Source: Camelus dromedarius (taxonomy: Eukaryota). From it: a stretch of DNA of 64,000 nucleotides. Position 1 is the stretch's first letter, and each line of letters opens with the position of its first letter. The notes below the pieces were generated by a model. It did no database searches. It was not told where the DNA came from and worked only from the letters and a program-made list of their open reading frames with translations. Location: positions 48,548,001-48,612,000 of the forward strand of contig NC_087437.1 in NCBI RefSeq assembly GCF_036321535.1, given 5' to 3'. Of the stretch, positions 39,631-54,200 are shown piece by piece. The position numbers and the translations under genes are program-made.

Positions 39631-41589
39631 ACAATAATGACCCCTGAGGCCTATTTGGTAATCTAATTCACTTCTCAGCTCTACTTATCGTGATGTTCAG
39701 GGATATCCAGTTTAGGATATCCAGGAAGCCACCAGTTTAGGTTGACCATGTAGCATAAGAAAAATATGGTGACAACTTCTACCTTTCTTCTAATTTCCAC
39801 ATTTTATGCCAGTGAAGCCATGACACATTTATTCATGCATATATGTTTATATAAACATATGTGTATATACTGCTATCTGTATAAGTATGTATATAAAATT
39901 TCCCATCTTGCAATAATTTGATTTGCTGTTCTATTAAATATTTATATTAGCTTTCAAAATCTATAAGCAGTGTGCACCACATGAACATTCTCTTCAGGTT
40001 ACCAATTCTTGGGGAAAAAAGGAGCCACTTCTTTCTTAGTTGATAGTATAAATTCTTTCAAACTATTGGAATAGGAGGATGAATTAATGAGTCAACTTGA
40101 TGTTATTAATGATAAAATTATCCTTTGGGGTACTTTTCTCTGAAAAAGCAGTATCTTTATTTTCAAACGTAAGTGGTTTTGAAATCCAAAATATCACGCC
40201 GTCACAGAAGTTTAAAGCTGGAAAGGCCTGGGCTGTTTTAGGAACTGAGTACTAACAAAGTTCAAGGGACCTAAAAACTAGACAACATTTTAAAATCAAA
40301 TCTTGAAGAAATGAAAGTCTGTGTCCCAGAGAAATTATAGCATGGCGAGGTAATGAGTGGAGCTTCTATATTTTAGTCAGGGACACCACATGAACTCGCA
40401 ATCCACAGTAAATTTAACCATGTGAGTGGCAAGGGACTATTAAAGCTGAGCCTAGATGTATATTCTCCTTAAATCATCCTGTTTAAGGAAGAAAAGCTTT
40501 AACCAGGTAGACATAGGATTCATTTCTCTCAGATCATATTTACAGGGCAAATGGAGGGTTTTGTTTTTTTTTACTGCAGCTGCGTCTTTGCTGATAAGAC
40601 AAAGTGAAGAATGCAAGTACTTAATCATCACATCTCTAAAATGATACAGGAAACCTTCTATTTTTAGCTGTCTACTGTGCTTTTTTACCTTTCCTCTCAA
40701 TAATGTACCTACATATTAGTTTTTAAATTGCTTACTTACACAAAGCACATTAGCTTCTCATGGATTTATACGCTGGTTTCATGTTTATTCCTCTACAGAA
40801 ATAAGCACATCTCTGAAATTACCCAGTAATGAAGCTAAAGCTAGATGATTAGAAAAGCAATTGGAGAGCAAGAAATCATTTTCTTTTAGTCTTCTTAACA
40901 AGAAAGAAAGTGAGGTGTACCAAAATGAAAATTCGTTACTATTTAAGATTGCTTTCCTGTTGTCCTCTTCCTCCTCCCTGGTTTTTGCTGAGCTGGGAGA
41001 CTTAAATATGTCACTATGGCATCCTAGTAGAAGGGCTGTCCACTTTGCATTTTAATTGGTCCCATTTTTGGAAACCAGTATCCTTGGGGATCATGTTTCA
41101 CCACTATGTTGATAATCCACTGAAATGTGGCAACATCCTCTTCTGATCTTCCCCCATCTCCCTAGGATTTTTCTTACCCAGGCTGAGAGGCTGGCAAACC
41201 TCCTGCAAGTCTGCTGAGTCTTTCTTTCTCACCTATATTCTGGGCCCTTTTTTTCTTGTGGACACAAGAGGAACGTTCACTGTTTTTCCATACACCTCTT
41301 GGACCACAGAGGTTCTAGGGTTATCAGTAGGCACCTGCTGTACCATACCACCTCTCCAGCATTCTTTGTTCCATTGCTCTCCAGTTGTTATGGTATGTGA
41401 TCCTCAGCAAGCCTACCAAAGTCCCAGAGAGAAAGCGTCATTCACAGAGAGTAAACCCATCAGAGGAAGAGGGGAAGAAGAATTCAACACCATTCTCTCC
41501 TCTCCCTATACTTGCTCTAGAATTCATTCCAAGGGAATTTATTTCATTTACACAGAAAAAGACAAAGCTCTCTTCCTTGCCTTTATCTC

Positions 41590-42780
41590 CATTGCCATTC
41601 TAAACCTATATATTTATAATAGCTGCTTGAAAAGTCTTCATCTGTTAATTCCATCATCTCTGTCATTTCTAGGTCTGTTTATATTGATGGATTTCTCACT
41701 TGGCTATGGGTCACATTTTCATGCTTCTTCATGTCTAGTAATTTTTGATGAATGTTGGATATGGTAAATTTTATTGTTGGATGATTTTTCTGTTTCGGTA
41801 AAGGGAGTTGAGTTTTGTTCTGGTAGTCATTTAATTTACAGGCATACTCGTTTTATTGCATTTCACTTTGTTGCACTTCACAGATATTGTGGTTTGTTAC
41901 AACTCTGCATTGTCAGATGAATGAGCATTTTTTCAGAAACAGAGTATTTTTTAATTAAGGTATGTACATTGTTTTTAAGATTTTTTTTAGAATGCACACT
42001 TAATAGACTATAGTATAGTATAAACATAACTTTTACATGCACTGGGAAACCCAAATATTAGTGTGACTCACTTTATCGCAATATTCACTTTATTACAGTG
42101 GTAGAGAACTGAAACCACAATATCTCAGAGGTGTGCCTTACCTGGAGATTAACATGATCATTTTGGAGTTTATTTTTCAACTTTGTTAAGGTGAGTCTAG
42201 AATAGATTTCATTCTAGGGCTAATTTTAGCCCTTCTTAAGCCTTCCTTCTTCTTAGTATCAAAACTAATGGTATAACCTTTTGGGATCTCTACTGAATTC
42301 CCGGAATGTGAACAGGTCTTTCCAATCCATTTGGTCAGGATTCAAACATCTCTCAACCCTGTGAAACTCTGATGGTTTCTCAGCTTACAGTTCCTTCCCT
42401 GGTAGTTATTTGTCTGACCTTGCAGAGTCTCATCCCATATATGTTAATCTTAGTATTCAGTCAAATACTCAAATGGACACCCATGAAAATTTCTGAAGTT
42501 CTTTCTCTGCTTAGCTCCCTTATCTTTGATCCTCTGCCCCATAAATTACAGTTTCTTAAGTCTCTCTAACCCTGGTATCTGTCTTCCCAGCTTAGCAAAG
42601 CTGCAGCGCTCTGTGTGGGTTCCATCTCTGTGCACCACTGTCCAGGAAGTGCATCCAGCCAGAAAACTGGGAAGTTGTAGGACTTATCTAGCTTGCTTCC
42701 CTTCTCTCAGACACAGCAGTTTTTCATTGCCTGTTATACAATGTCTGAAAACAGTTGTTTCATATATTTTGTCCTGTTTT
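41590..42780 (-). mobile_element. Ancient L1 5'/ORF1-region fragment, interrupted by a Tigger
   Basis: T-rich antisense L1-like sequence (gggtcacattttcatgcttcttcatgtctagtaatttttgatg; caatgtctgaaaacagttgtttcatatattttgtcc). Confidence 0.65.
41839..42139. mobile_element. Tigger1-derived internally deleted element
   Basis: Ends caggcatactcgttttattgc...caatatctcagaggtgtgcct with TA flanks; Tigger1 terminal sequence. Confidence 0.85.
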
Positions 42781-45045
42781 TCTTTCAATTATTTATTGTC
42801 TGGCAACAGTCAGTCACAGTTGCCAGTTTTCCCCATTTATACTCTTACTGACAACCCCTAAAATAATAGGTATCCTTCTATGTAGGTGCCCAATGAGAAG
42901 TGGATCACCATTTAATCATTTATACCAGGGGAAAAATCAATTAATAATTCATAAATGATACTATTATAACATCCCACATTTCCATATATATGTAAACTAG
43001 ACTGTATAGTCAAATTTTATTACTTCTGTAATGACCATAATTCAGGTATGTCACAAAGAGAGATCAGCTAGAAGATTTATTCACAAAACAGGACAAAGAA
43101 AAGTTACTGGAAGAGAGGAAGAAGATGGGAACTAAAAATGACTTCCAGGAGAACAAAGGAAAAGCAATTTCTTGGAGAACAAAGGAGGGATTAAGTTCTC
43201 CTCTTTTCTAATAAAATTGAAAAGTTTCAGAATTTAATAATACAGGAGCCTGCAGTCAATGGCAGGATGGGGGCTGGTGTTGGCTCACTGAATGGCCTTG
43301 GTAAAACAAAACATATTCCGTCAGAAGAGGACAAATAGAGGCTCGAGTGAGGAAGAGCTAAGAGGATTTTCATGGCTGCCTCCAAGACTAAAGATGTGAG
43401 GTGCTAGAGCCAGCCTTAGAGCAGAAGTGTGTCACATGCCCCAGGGGAACATGACATAGGTCTTGCATGGACCTTAGGAGAAATTGAAATGAACACTTAG
43501 GATAGAATTTCAGGAGAACTGGGAAGGTATACAACCTAAATGGACAAGCATGCCAAAAAGTCCCATACAGCTCTGAGAAGAGGTAAGGCATCAATGTTTG
43601 AAAAAGACAAATAGGTAAATGGGTTTGTAAATACTGAGATTGCCCATAAAATTTCAGCAGTGATATACTATTAATTCACTTAATATCTCTTACACAAAAT
43701 GTTTATTTTTGTTTAATCATTTTTAAGAGGATCTATCATAAGAACACTTGCTCATAGTTCAACTCTCTCTCTCCATGAACATTGGGAAAGGAAATTATGC
43801 CAACTCAGAAAATTTCATAAAACAAATTTCCTAGTAAATGGTATGAAAATGTCAACAATTCAGTTCTAATTCATCTAATTCCAGGGATCCAAAAGATACT
43901 GCCTTGTCACTTAGTTCAGGAAATGAGTTATTCTTAATTTTGTCAGAAATAAGAAAAGACTTGGAAATACTTTAATTATACAGAGATAATCAATGTAGTG
44001 GTATTTGTTATTATGAAATTATACTACACTATTGTGAATTTTATCCTTCTATAAATCTTAAAATTTTAACAGATCCTTCTATTCTGTAGGACTGATAAAA
44101 ATTATAGAAATAATCTACTTTTCTTTCATATCCAAGCCCACAGGTGTGGAACTAAGGAAGATTCATCAGGATGAAAACAAAGTATCAGTGATAACCATTC
44201 CTGCTATCTTTTTCAATTATGGTGTTTCTATGACTTGTTCATTAGTGAATTCCTAGCATCTAGAGCACAAGTAGATATTCAGTAAACATTAGGTGAATGA
44301 ATGAATACAATTCTTATATGCATGCTAGTCACCATGATGCTAACAATGAATGCAATAAATTAATACAATATAAAGAATTCTGGATCATCAGCTAATACAC
44401 GTCTAAGTGTCAAGAAAAATAACAACAAAAATAAAAGCAAAAAACCTTTCCTGACATGATGGTGTTTGGTTTTATTTGTTGTTGTTGGGGAAGCAGTTGA
44501 AAAGTGGCCACAGAAATGGGCATGAAACAGTTAACAGCAAAGCCCTAGGTTCTTACAATTAGGAGTGATGTTTTACAGCTTAAAGAGGGAAGTCACTTGA
44601 AGTCAATGACTCATGCAGAATGGAAGATAATTTTTTACTTAGTGCTCAACACAGAAGTTATTTTGCAGAAATCACAAGGGTAGGTAAGAAATCTCCTTAA
44701 GTTCTAGATCTTGGAAATAATGAAATAAACATATTACAAGCTTAAAAATTTTGTTGATAAAGACCCTTAACTGAAATTAAAGCAATTTAAAGTAAAAGGA
44801 CAGTGAAATGTCTACAATTTGCATTACAACTCTGATAGAAATAAGATGTGATCATTGAAATCAGAAAGATACTGGCATGAACAAGTACTGAACGCAGTAG
44901 GTTGAACAATGCAGAATTTCTAAACATTCTCTGTCCCTTCAACTGTTCTTCATATAACATGGCCTCTAGTTGCTTTCCTATCATGGGATTGTACTATCAA
45001 ATAAGCTTCATTGCCTTAAAATGTGGCACTGAAGTACAACACAAT

Positions 45046-45456
45046 TGTGATAGTTAATTTTATGTGTCAGCTTGGCTGGGCCATGGCTCCTGGACCTGTG
45101 GGCAAAAATTATTCTGGATGTTTTCTGTGAGGGTGTTTTGGGATGAACTTAACATTTAAATTGGTGGATTTCGGGTAAAGCCGAATGCTGTCCATAATGT
45201 GGGTGGGTCTCATCCAATTAGCTGAAGGCCAAAATAAGCTTAATAGACTGACCTTCTTCAAGCAAGAGGGAATTCTGCCAGCAGATGGCCTTCAGATTAG
45301 AACTGCAACCTCAGCTCTTCCTGCCAGCCCACCCTGCAGATTTTGGACTTGCCAGCCTCCATAATCACATGAGCCAATTCCTTAAAATAAATCTCTTTCT
45401 ATATATATACACACATCCTACTGGTTCTGTTTCTCTGGAAAACCTTGACTAATACA
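45046..45456 (+). mobile_element. MLT2-type ERVL solo LTR
   Basis: tgtgatagttaattttatgtgtcagcttggctgggcc...ccttgactaataca; 5-bp TSD acaat/acaag. Confidence 0.9.
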
Positions 45457-46054
45457 ACAAGTATGCAGACATTTGTCCTATATGCACAAAATACTGCAGA
45501 GAGATTATTCCTAGTCATACCTTAGAGAGATGATCCTTAGTCACAGATACAATGAAATCAACAAATATTAATACAAGATAAAAAACAAAAACCAAATGTA
45601 AACCCGGGAGAAGAAAAATATAAAGGCAGGAAGAGAGAAAATTACATTTGCTTTTTTAGCTATCACATCATTCAACTCATAATTGAGCTAAAGGGAAAAA
45701 AAACTCCTTTAAAGTTTTCTTATAAATCAACCCATCTACTTCTGGGGTATCCAGTTACTATGTTCCCTGCACCTGTCCAGAAAGCTCTTTTATTCCAAGT
45801 TGAACCAACAATATGAACTACTTCTTTGGAATACCACCTTGGTCTGTTGCTATAATTTCCAAATGACATGTTTGTTTGCCATAACTACCTCCCAAGCCAA
45901 GAGATGGTCCCATGGCCCAGAATCAGTTTATTTCCAGTTCCCCTTCCTGCAACCTAGTTAAGCCTTGTTCAGCCATAAATGCGACATATATGGCATACTC
46001 TATCCCATCCCTTACCCTAAGTGAGTGTGGTATCTGCATGTAAGTATTTGTATA

Positions 46055-46460
46055 TCATCACTCATTCACTCAAACATATTTATTAATACATGTTATGTGC
46101 CAGACACTGAGCTAGTTATTGAGTACAGAGTCATGAACAAGACAGACATGGCCCTGCCTTCATGGGTCTTATACTTTAGTTGAGAAGACAGATAATCAAT
46201 AAAAAAATAAATTATGATAACTGCTATGATGGCAATAAATGGAGTGTTGTGAGAGATAAGAGGTCACCTTTAAGCTGAGACCTGAAGGTAAAAATAAAAT
46301 AAAGAAAAGGAAGGGCACAGCATGTACAAAAGCTCTGAAGTGGGGAAAACTTAGAGCATTTAGAAAATATCAGAAAATCTATGTGGTTGAAACTGGATGA
46401 CAATGGAAAGGGTTGAAAATGAGGGAGGATACACAGGTAGAAACTAGATCATAAAGAACT
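46055..46460 (-). mobile_element. L2 LINE 3' end
   Basis: cactcattcactcaaacatatttatt...tatgtgccagacactgagctag...gaacaagacagacatggccctgcc. Confidence 0.8.
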
Positions 46461-48014
46461 TCATAGTAAATTTATCGGAGCAAAGAATGCAGCCCTCCTG
46501 AACTTGGAAATCCAATTACTTTCTCAGAAAGTGAAACCAGGAAGAATTAAAGCGTAATGCACAAGAGTCACCATCTGTGGCAGCGGCTACAAACAGAAGA
46601 CAAAGTGTGTGTGTGGCTAGAGAGTTTGAGAAATATACAATTCCAGAGTGACTACAGTAGAGACATAAAGAATAATGATTAGAATATGATTATAACTTAA
46701 GGTGAAAAATAATCAATGATATTGAACCCTGCCTGAAGAAGTAATCTGTTAACAAGTCTGCGATATTCCTTAAAGGTACCTCAGCAGCCGTGACAGGATA
46801 GGGAGGGTGGGGGAAGTGTTAATAGGTTGCTCAATATCTTCTTGTCAATGTGCCAACAAAGACAGTTCTGCTGTTATCTGTTTGCATATTGGGCTTCCAT
46901 TTCAAAAAAGGTAAAAAAAAAATTTGAAAACTGCTTCAAAAACAGCAACTCTAATTACATATATGTATAAAATGATATACATGGAGAATATAACATATAT
47001 ATATATATATTATATATGTGGAGACTATAAAATATATACATAAGGAGAGGAGGAGGGGAGAGAGAGAAGGAAGAGTGCTAGGTGAGCAGAGTATCTGATA
47101 GCCTTAGCAGAAATACTCATATAGAGGAAATGAATGCATAAGATTATGTAGTTTGATGGAATTACTCACTAACATCACCTGACAGACTGCTTTTGCTACA
47201 ATTCCAGGCTCACAAACAAACTTCTTCTGACTAAAGCTGGCTTCTCATGGGGGAATATACTGATACTCCATATGAGGTTCTGGTGCACACTACATTTATA
47301 TTTCACCATTAAACATCAACAATGTGGTTTCTACATCAGTGTCTCATTAGTTTGGTTAGTGTGTATCACTCTGCCAAGCCTGACTTGCATTTCTACACTT
47401 GAAAAACAGGATCCCCCAATGCAATGACTACCTCATGGAACTACCACACCTAGACTTCCTCAGACTGACCAACAATGTCTCTCTGTGACTTCTGTGGGTG
47501 GTCTCTTTTCTATCCACAACCAGTTGGAACTAGAGAATCTCATCCATTTAAAGAGACTATCCACAGTAGGAACCCCACTTATCAGCAATGCAATGTGATA
47601 GGAAAAGAAATTCCTACCTATTTCACAGGAAAAGAAACAGTGGCTTAAAGAGAGACATGCAGTTTTAGCACTTGGACTATTTTAATCATAGAACAGAGAA
47701 TGTTAAGGGTTAGATCTCAAAGTTCATTGTATCAAAATCCTTAGTTTTAAAGGTGACAAGAGAGGCTTAGGAGATTAGATGGTCTGCTCCCAAAACACAA
47801 CCAGGACTCCTGGGCTAAACTGTTTCCACTATGATAACCCCCTACCTCATGGTAATAGTTGCTCACACTCTTAATCTTGCAGCCATTGAAACTTCATATT
47901 CTCATTCTATGCAATGGTGGGTAAATTTTGAAATGAAATTATGTTTCCTAAGAAATAAAAGACAGCCTTCTATAAAACATTCTCCTTCTCATTATGAGCA
48001 ATAGGTAGTTAACT

Positions 48015-48580
48015 CCAGCCTATATGGCAGCCAAAATGATCCTTTTATAATGAAAGTCATAATGTGCCTTTCTGCTTTAAAACCCTGAAGTGACTCCTGT
48101 TTCATTAAGAGTAAAAGCCAGTTCTACCAATAGCCCACAAACCCTGCACCTCTGTGCTCACCCTTTTCCTGCCACACTGTCTTCCTTGCTGTTCCCAACA
48201 CACCAAGTACCTACCTGCCTTAGGGCCCTTGTACTAGCTGGTCCCACTACCTGGAACTCTTTTCTCCCAAATAGGCTGAATGACTAATCCCTTCAAGTCT
48301 TTACTCAAATGTCATCTTCTTAATGTGACCTGCCCTGACCATTGTATTTAAAAGGATTACACCCACCCCTCTGTACTTCCAGTGCCCTTAACCCTGATTT
48401 AACTTTATACTACATTTACTTATTATGTTTATTGCTTATTATCTGTCTCCCTCCACCAGAATGTGACCTCCATAAAGGCAGAATTTTGGTGTATTTTTTC
48501 ACTATTATATCCCTAACATCTAAAGCAGTGTCTAATCCTCAAAAAATATTTACTAGATGAATTCATTCATTCATTCAATT
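48015..48580 (+). mobile_element. L2 LINE 3' end
   Basis: tttactcaaatgtcatcttc...ctgtctccctccaccagaatgtgacctccataaaggcag. Confidence 0.8.
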
Positions 48581-50780
48581 AATTGCATTCAGAAATTTGA
48601 CCACTTTATATCTACCAATAATAAGATGTCATACCTAATGTGAGTAAGATCAAAGTTAAATCTTTACTCAGATATGCTGGCTCTTCCAATGGATTCTACT
48701 AAGGGGGGCAATATACTAAAGCAATAATACATTTCTAGTCTCTGAAATTCTTCTTCGGTGCTGCTATCAATAAAATAAAAAGGAGTTATTGTTTAATAAT
48801 TAAAAGATGATCAATTACTCTTTTTCAAAGAAACATCCAAGCTGCATTAAAAATGGATATCAAACCAACCCAGAATGTATTTGACAAGGAATACTATATA
48901 TTCAGCATCAATTAAACTGTCAATTTTTCTTGGTTATAATCCAGACATGTTCCCTTGCATAGTATTTTGAGAAACTGCCACAAAATGAGAATCTCAGAAG
49001 TGTGTGTGTATTTATGTGTGTATGTTTGCATCTAAAAAGATTTAAAAGGCAGTCATGACAAAGTGTCTGAAGGTAAGCATACTGACCTATTCCCTGCGAG
49101 TATCGCACACATCTTTAAAGTGTTTTTTTTTTTTCCAACAATTGTGATGGATTTGCTCTTAAACATCTTCATTCTATTTCCAGGTCCTTTTTGCAGACAA
49201 AGACAAACATGGACAAATGGCTGGCTGAGAATAGCACTGCAGGTGGCCACCGTGTATCGTCTAGCATTGCACATCTCTGGGAGTGCCACATAGATCGTGT
49301 ATGGATTCTAAATGCACCAACACCCCCACCACCACCTTGCCCTGGAGTTGTGCAGTATTCACCTGTGGGTCTGCTCAATCTAACCAGCCCAGATTGGAAC
49401 TGAAATCAATGATCTTTTCCTCTTGGAAAAAGTAATTCAAAATTACTGAGCTAATCAATCTTAGACAATGAGATACGAACTGACTTACATTAAAATAATA
49501 TCCTCATAACATTTACCAGTAACTGAAAAATGGAGGTGTTAGAGACTCAACTATCTTAAAATGACTCTATGTGATAGGTAAAAATTTCCCATCCCTGACT
49601 CTTTGTTTAATTGCAGCTGGTTTTCTGGTGAAGGGTAGAAAATTTGATATCCACAACGATCTTATAGCACCCTCAAGTGGTTAAATATTAGGTTGGCAAC
49701 GTTTTTCTTAAAGAGGTGTGGAGGTCTGTGATAGAAATTAAAAAAGGTGGTGAAAACAAAATTACTGGATGAATAAAGATATATCAACCCTTATCACAAG
49801 GTCTTGTAGTTTGAATTACTTCTCTAATAAGGAGAATGGATTTTTGGCTGTCAAGCCATACTTTTCATTTAATATTCTTCATTCTTCCTTGAGTCAACTT
49901 AGGGGGACTTTGAATGGAACTCTGAAAAGAACAAAGCTAACAACCTTATATGGTAGCAAAGATGTAATCTAAATCTCTTGCACCATGTGCTTATGAGTGA
50001 AACCAAGTAGCTCTACTATAAGAAAAAAGATTCAAGGTTATCTTTGGATATTAATAGATATTTCTTAAATAACATAAGTTCCATGCATATATATTTATAA
50101 ACCACATCCTTAAGGAGCATGGTTTCAGTTGACCCTCTAAACTGTACAGCATGGTAAAAAGTATACTGGATAGACATAAAGATAGTATGGATTCTAAAGT
50201 TAGTTTTTGAACAAATTATTAAGCTCTGCATATCTGTTTATTCATTTTTTAAATGTTAGAGTAGAAACTAGAGCAGAGACTAGTTGGTCGAGATTCTTTT
50301 GGTTCCAAACTATAAATTCACTCAAGGTGGCTTAAGCCACAAAAAGGAATTTTTTGTAAGAAAAAGAGATGCTGAAAAATTAAAGGGAGATGTATTAATA
50401 TAATCCCAGGATCTTGTTCAGTTCTACCCACACTTTCCTGATCCACACATCCCATCCTTAACCCCAGATGAGGATAGGCTTTGCTGAAATTGTTTCCATT
50501 AGAGTCAAGAGCTAGAAAGAACCTGTCTACAGATATTTCTTATACAGTCATAGATTATTTGTGTAAATCCTTTCCAAATGGTAATATACAAGTTTCTGAG
50601 ATCCAGATACTTTACCTTTTGCACACAGTGTCACTTGCAGATACACATGTTATTTTGGAAAAACTGGGGGATCCAAGAAAAGCTACTTTGTGATATGCTG
50701 CTGCTTCTCCTTCATGTGGCTGCCTTGGTTGAGTTAAGTTTTTGTGTTCCTTGCTAAATAAATCAGGCATTTAATCTTCA

Positions 50781-50807
50781 TGTGTGTGTGTGTGTGTGTG
50801 TGTGTGT
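50781..50807 (+). repeat. (TG)n microsatellite
   Basis: About 13 TG units. Confidence 0.95.
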
Positions 50808-52684
50808 ACACCCACACAAAGGCAACAAGGGATCTCTTCCCACCAATCTATAACCTACCTGAAATGACACATATAATTAAAATGTCCATAACTAAAACAT
50901 CCCTACCTACCTCAGTTTCAGTGTTGCAGTCTCCAGGAAGCATCTTGTTTTTTCACATCTCTACTTCTTTAATTATATTGCTCCCTCATCCTGAAACGCA
51001 CATACTTTACCCCATCCTCTCCTCTCTTACCTTCATCAATTCCCACTACCTCATCCCCTGGGGGAAAACAAAGGGAGCTAAGCAGACACGTAGCAGGTGT
51101 CCACAACAATAGTACTTACCACTGTGCCATATCTGTTTCTTCTTATATCTACTCTTCATTGAACTGTGTGCCACGGAAAAAACAGGTGTTTTTTTTTTCA
51201 CCTTTATATCTCCAGGGCCTAGAAAGCATTTGTTAAAAGATGTACATACTTATTTATTTAGAAACAGAATTTGATGTCACAATAAAAATAGGCCCAGGAT
51301 GCAGATCCTAAAGATCTGATTGTCTTGAATGCCCTGCCCTTTTCCTCTCCTATATATTCACTTTATCATTCATACTGCTTAATGTGGAAAAATTATTTTG
51401 AAAACATTTAAAAAATATTTTTAAAGCTCAAGCCAGCAACCAAAAAATTAAAGTAAGAAGTGAAAAAAAAAAAGTTTTCTCTTTCTATGTCCACCTTGAG
51501 AAACCCCAAGTGTGGGATTGGTTTCTCCAAAATAAGAAGCAAAACTAGTTCCCTCACTTTCTCTCCTCACTCCCTCCAGTTCTACCTCAAAAATTCAGTG
51601 CTCTGTCCCCTTCAAAGTCAAAGGGTCTAACCCAGGAGAAAATGAATTCAAATACAACTGTAATCAGAAAGGGCTCAATTCCCTGCTGTGGGAGAGGTAT
51701 TTGGAAAGTGAAGAACAGTGTGGCTTCTGGCACTTAGCTACTATCACTACCTCCAGGCCAGCACTAACCAAAGATAGAAAACACCTGCCTGAGTTTTGAT
51801 TACATCTGCTTGAATTTTATTTTCTGTCACTACTGTGTATACTGCTAGCTTCCAATAAATGTCACTCTTGATGAACACCGCTTACCCTCTAAAAGCAGCT
51901 ACTTTCTCCTATTTTCATGGCTAAACCACAGCAACTTTAAATGTTCAAGATATGGGGTGGTTGAAGGTTACTTTGGTGTTGGAATTAGGAAAGAGTAGCC
52001 AGATCCCATAGTGATGAAGGCACATTGCTACTCAAGAAGGACATCACAAGGTGGCATTCTCAGACTGCCACTGTCTGGCATCTGGCTCAGACACTAGCTT
52101 CTCAGTCCCTCCAGAGATAATTAGATCATTAATAACATATTAACTAAAATGTCCATATATATAGTTCATTTTTAGTGGTCAGCTTTTCTTTTCAGTGTCA
52201 GCACCCTCTTTCCTAATAACAGAAATTCTCTAGAGTTGCATCGCTTAACACAAATCAGTCTGTACCACTGATTAAACTTTTCTGATGTGCCCCTAAAGGC
52301 TTAACATTTATTACTTTTTTAACTTATTCTTCTTTATTGCATTTTCTCAAGTCTTAGTAAACTGTTTACCTGTTTGCCTGGATTTTCCACAAAATACTGT
52401 GAAGGCATTCACTATATTCTGGCTGGGTCTTCTATTCAGGTGGTGAGACACTGAAGGGCAAACTGATCTCCCCAAATAGACATAGCTGGAGAGGAGGCAG
52501 AATAACTACTGCTTTTTATTTTTGTTCAAGAGGACTATACTAAACTACACTTTTTTAAGTAGTATAGATTTTTTTTAACATACTGTAATAAGACCAAGCC
52601 ACCTTATCTCAATGTAAGTGTAAGTTAGGCTTTCTATATGATAAAAATACTCTCTCCAGCAACTCTGCCGGTGAAAATCTTTTC

Positions 52685-52980
52685 AGACCTAGGTTGTCAC
52701 CCAGCTGGGTGACATTGAGTAATTTATTGGGAGTCTCTGGGCCTGTTTCCTCAATCTCTAAAATGAGAGTACAGTAAGGTACAGAGGTGAGGTTCTCAAG
52801 CCAGTATGTAAGGGGCGGGGGGGAGCCTAAGTCACAACCACTTTTGAAAATCACTTGAATTACCCAGAAGTACAGTATACAGACTTTCGAACACAACACG
52901 ACTGTAAGTAGACCTTGTGGGCCCTAAATTTTGAGAAACCACTTGAAATAAAAAAGAATGTATACATGCACATATCTAGG
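52685..52980. mobile_element. MIR fragment followed by a MER5-like MITE
   Basis: tctctgggcctgtttcctcaatctctaaaatgag; ggttctcaag...ttttgagaaaccac inverted ends. Confidence 0.55.
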
Positions 52981-53329
52981 CGTTAACGCCATTCTGGTTT
53001 TAACTCTAAAGTCACTAATAGTGAACGGGGTACAGATGGAGAACACAACTTCAGTGCTTAATAAATGTTAGTGTCCTTCCTTTTTTCTGCCCTTTAGCCT
53101 ACCACAAAATCTCCCTGAGCAGTCGTTTTAACGTGGTTATGCCTGACGCGTAGAAAGTAAGTTATCCAGCGAATACTTCAAGGAAAGAAACTTTGCAACC
53201 CGTTTGAGGTTCTCATCCTAACACTGGCACTTAGAAGCGCCTCACTAAATAAGAGGATGAGCTATTATTTACCACAGATTAGAGCTGGGCCATTTCAATG
53301 TAACATCACCTCAGAAGTTTTAAAAACCA

Positions 53330-54200
53330 AGCTTGCCACAAGAATCGCTACCTCAAAGCCGCAGTTGCCCTTAGCTCCGGAAAAGCCTGGCCCAATCCTC
53401 CCGGCTTCCGTAGTCTCGCTCAACTTCGCGAGACCGAGGCAGAGCTCCGCGGAGGCGCCGCTGAGGGCGGCCCCAGAACACTTCCGGGAGGCCAGTCTGT
53501 AAGTGTCTGTGATGTGTGCATCCGGCGGCTTCCAGGCTGGGACCACCCGGCTGAAGTAGAGGGTACGGAACGGGAGGCTGGCAGCCCATCAGTCACTGGG
53601 CCCGGCAATCTTCAACCATGGACCGGGACCTTCTGCGGCAGTCACTGAATTTCCACGGGCCGTCATTGCTCTCCCTGCTTCGCAGCGAACAGCAGGACAA
53701 TTCGCACTTCCGGAGTCTCCTGGGGTCGGTGGCCGAACCTGCCCGGGGCCCGCCGTCCCAGCAGCAGTTACAGGGCAGGTAATGGGACGGCGGCGCCGCT
53801 GCGAGACGGGGGAGGGGACGCAGCTCTTGGCTCCACTACCGCAGCGTCCTGAGTCCTGAAGGAGCCGAGCGGTGGCCATGAGCACGTTAGGACTGCGGCG
53901 CTGGTTCGGAGGGCAGGATGGAGGAGGGGTCCGCCCTCCTGGTGTGAGGGCAATGCGGGATGCGGGCTGAATTTTTTAAATCTGGTAGTGCGTGCAAAGA
54001 TGCGGATTCTTTAGCTAAAATCCCTCGGGTGTTCCTATTTGGAACTGCGCGGGTGGCACTTTTTAAGTTTCCCCGCCCTCCACCTACAAACTGGCGAATG
54101 AGGGAATCCCTGGTTAAAACTTTTTCCTGGAGGATGTACGGCCAGATGTACGCCCAAGAGCTTAGACTGGACCCGTTTGGGCGATGAAAGCCGTGAGCAG
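53330..54200. promoter_or_regulatory. CpG island / TTC14 promoter
   Basis: Abrupt GC- and CpG-rich block over exon 1; ETS-type ACTTCCGG at 53480-53487; TCGCGAGA (BANP/ZBTB33-type core) at 53426-53433; no obvious TATA box. Confidence 0.88.
53618..53778 (+). CDS. TTC14: TTC14 coding exon 1 (161 nt)
   Basis: Kozak-like [35 protein letters not shown]...QLQG; donor AG|gtaatg. Confidence 0.95.

Noticed and set aside
40577..40598. E-box (CAGCTG) plus GATA (TGATAAG) composite
   Set aside because: Spacing is slightly longer than the usual composite, and a single short motif pair is expected by chance in 64 kb.
41258..41767. 169-aa ORF
   Set aside because: Non-ATG start, runs into antisense L1-derived sequence, no protein-family motif.
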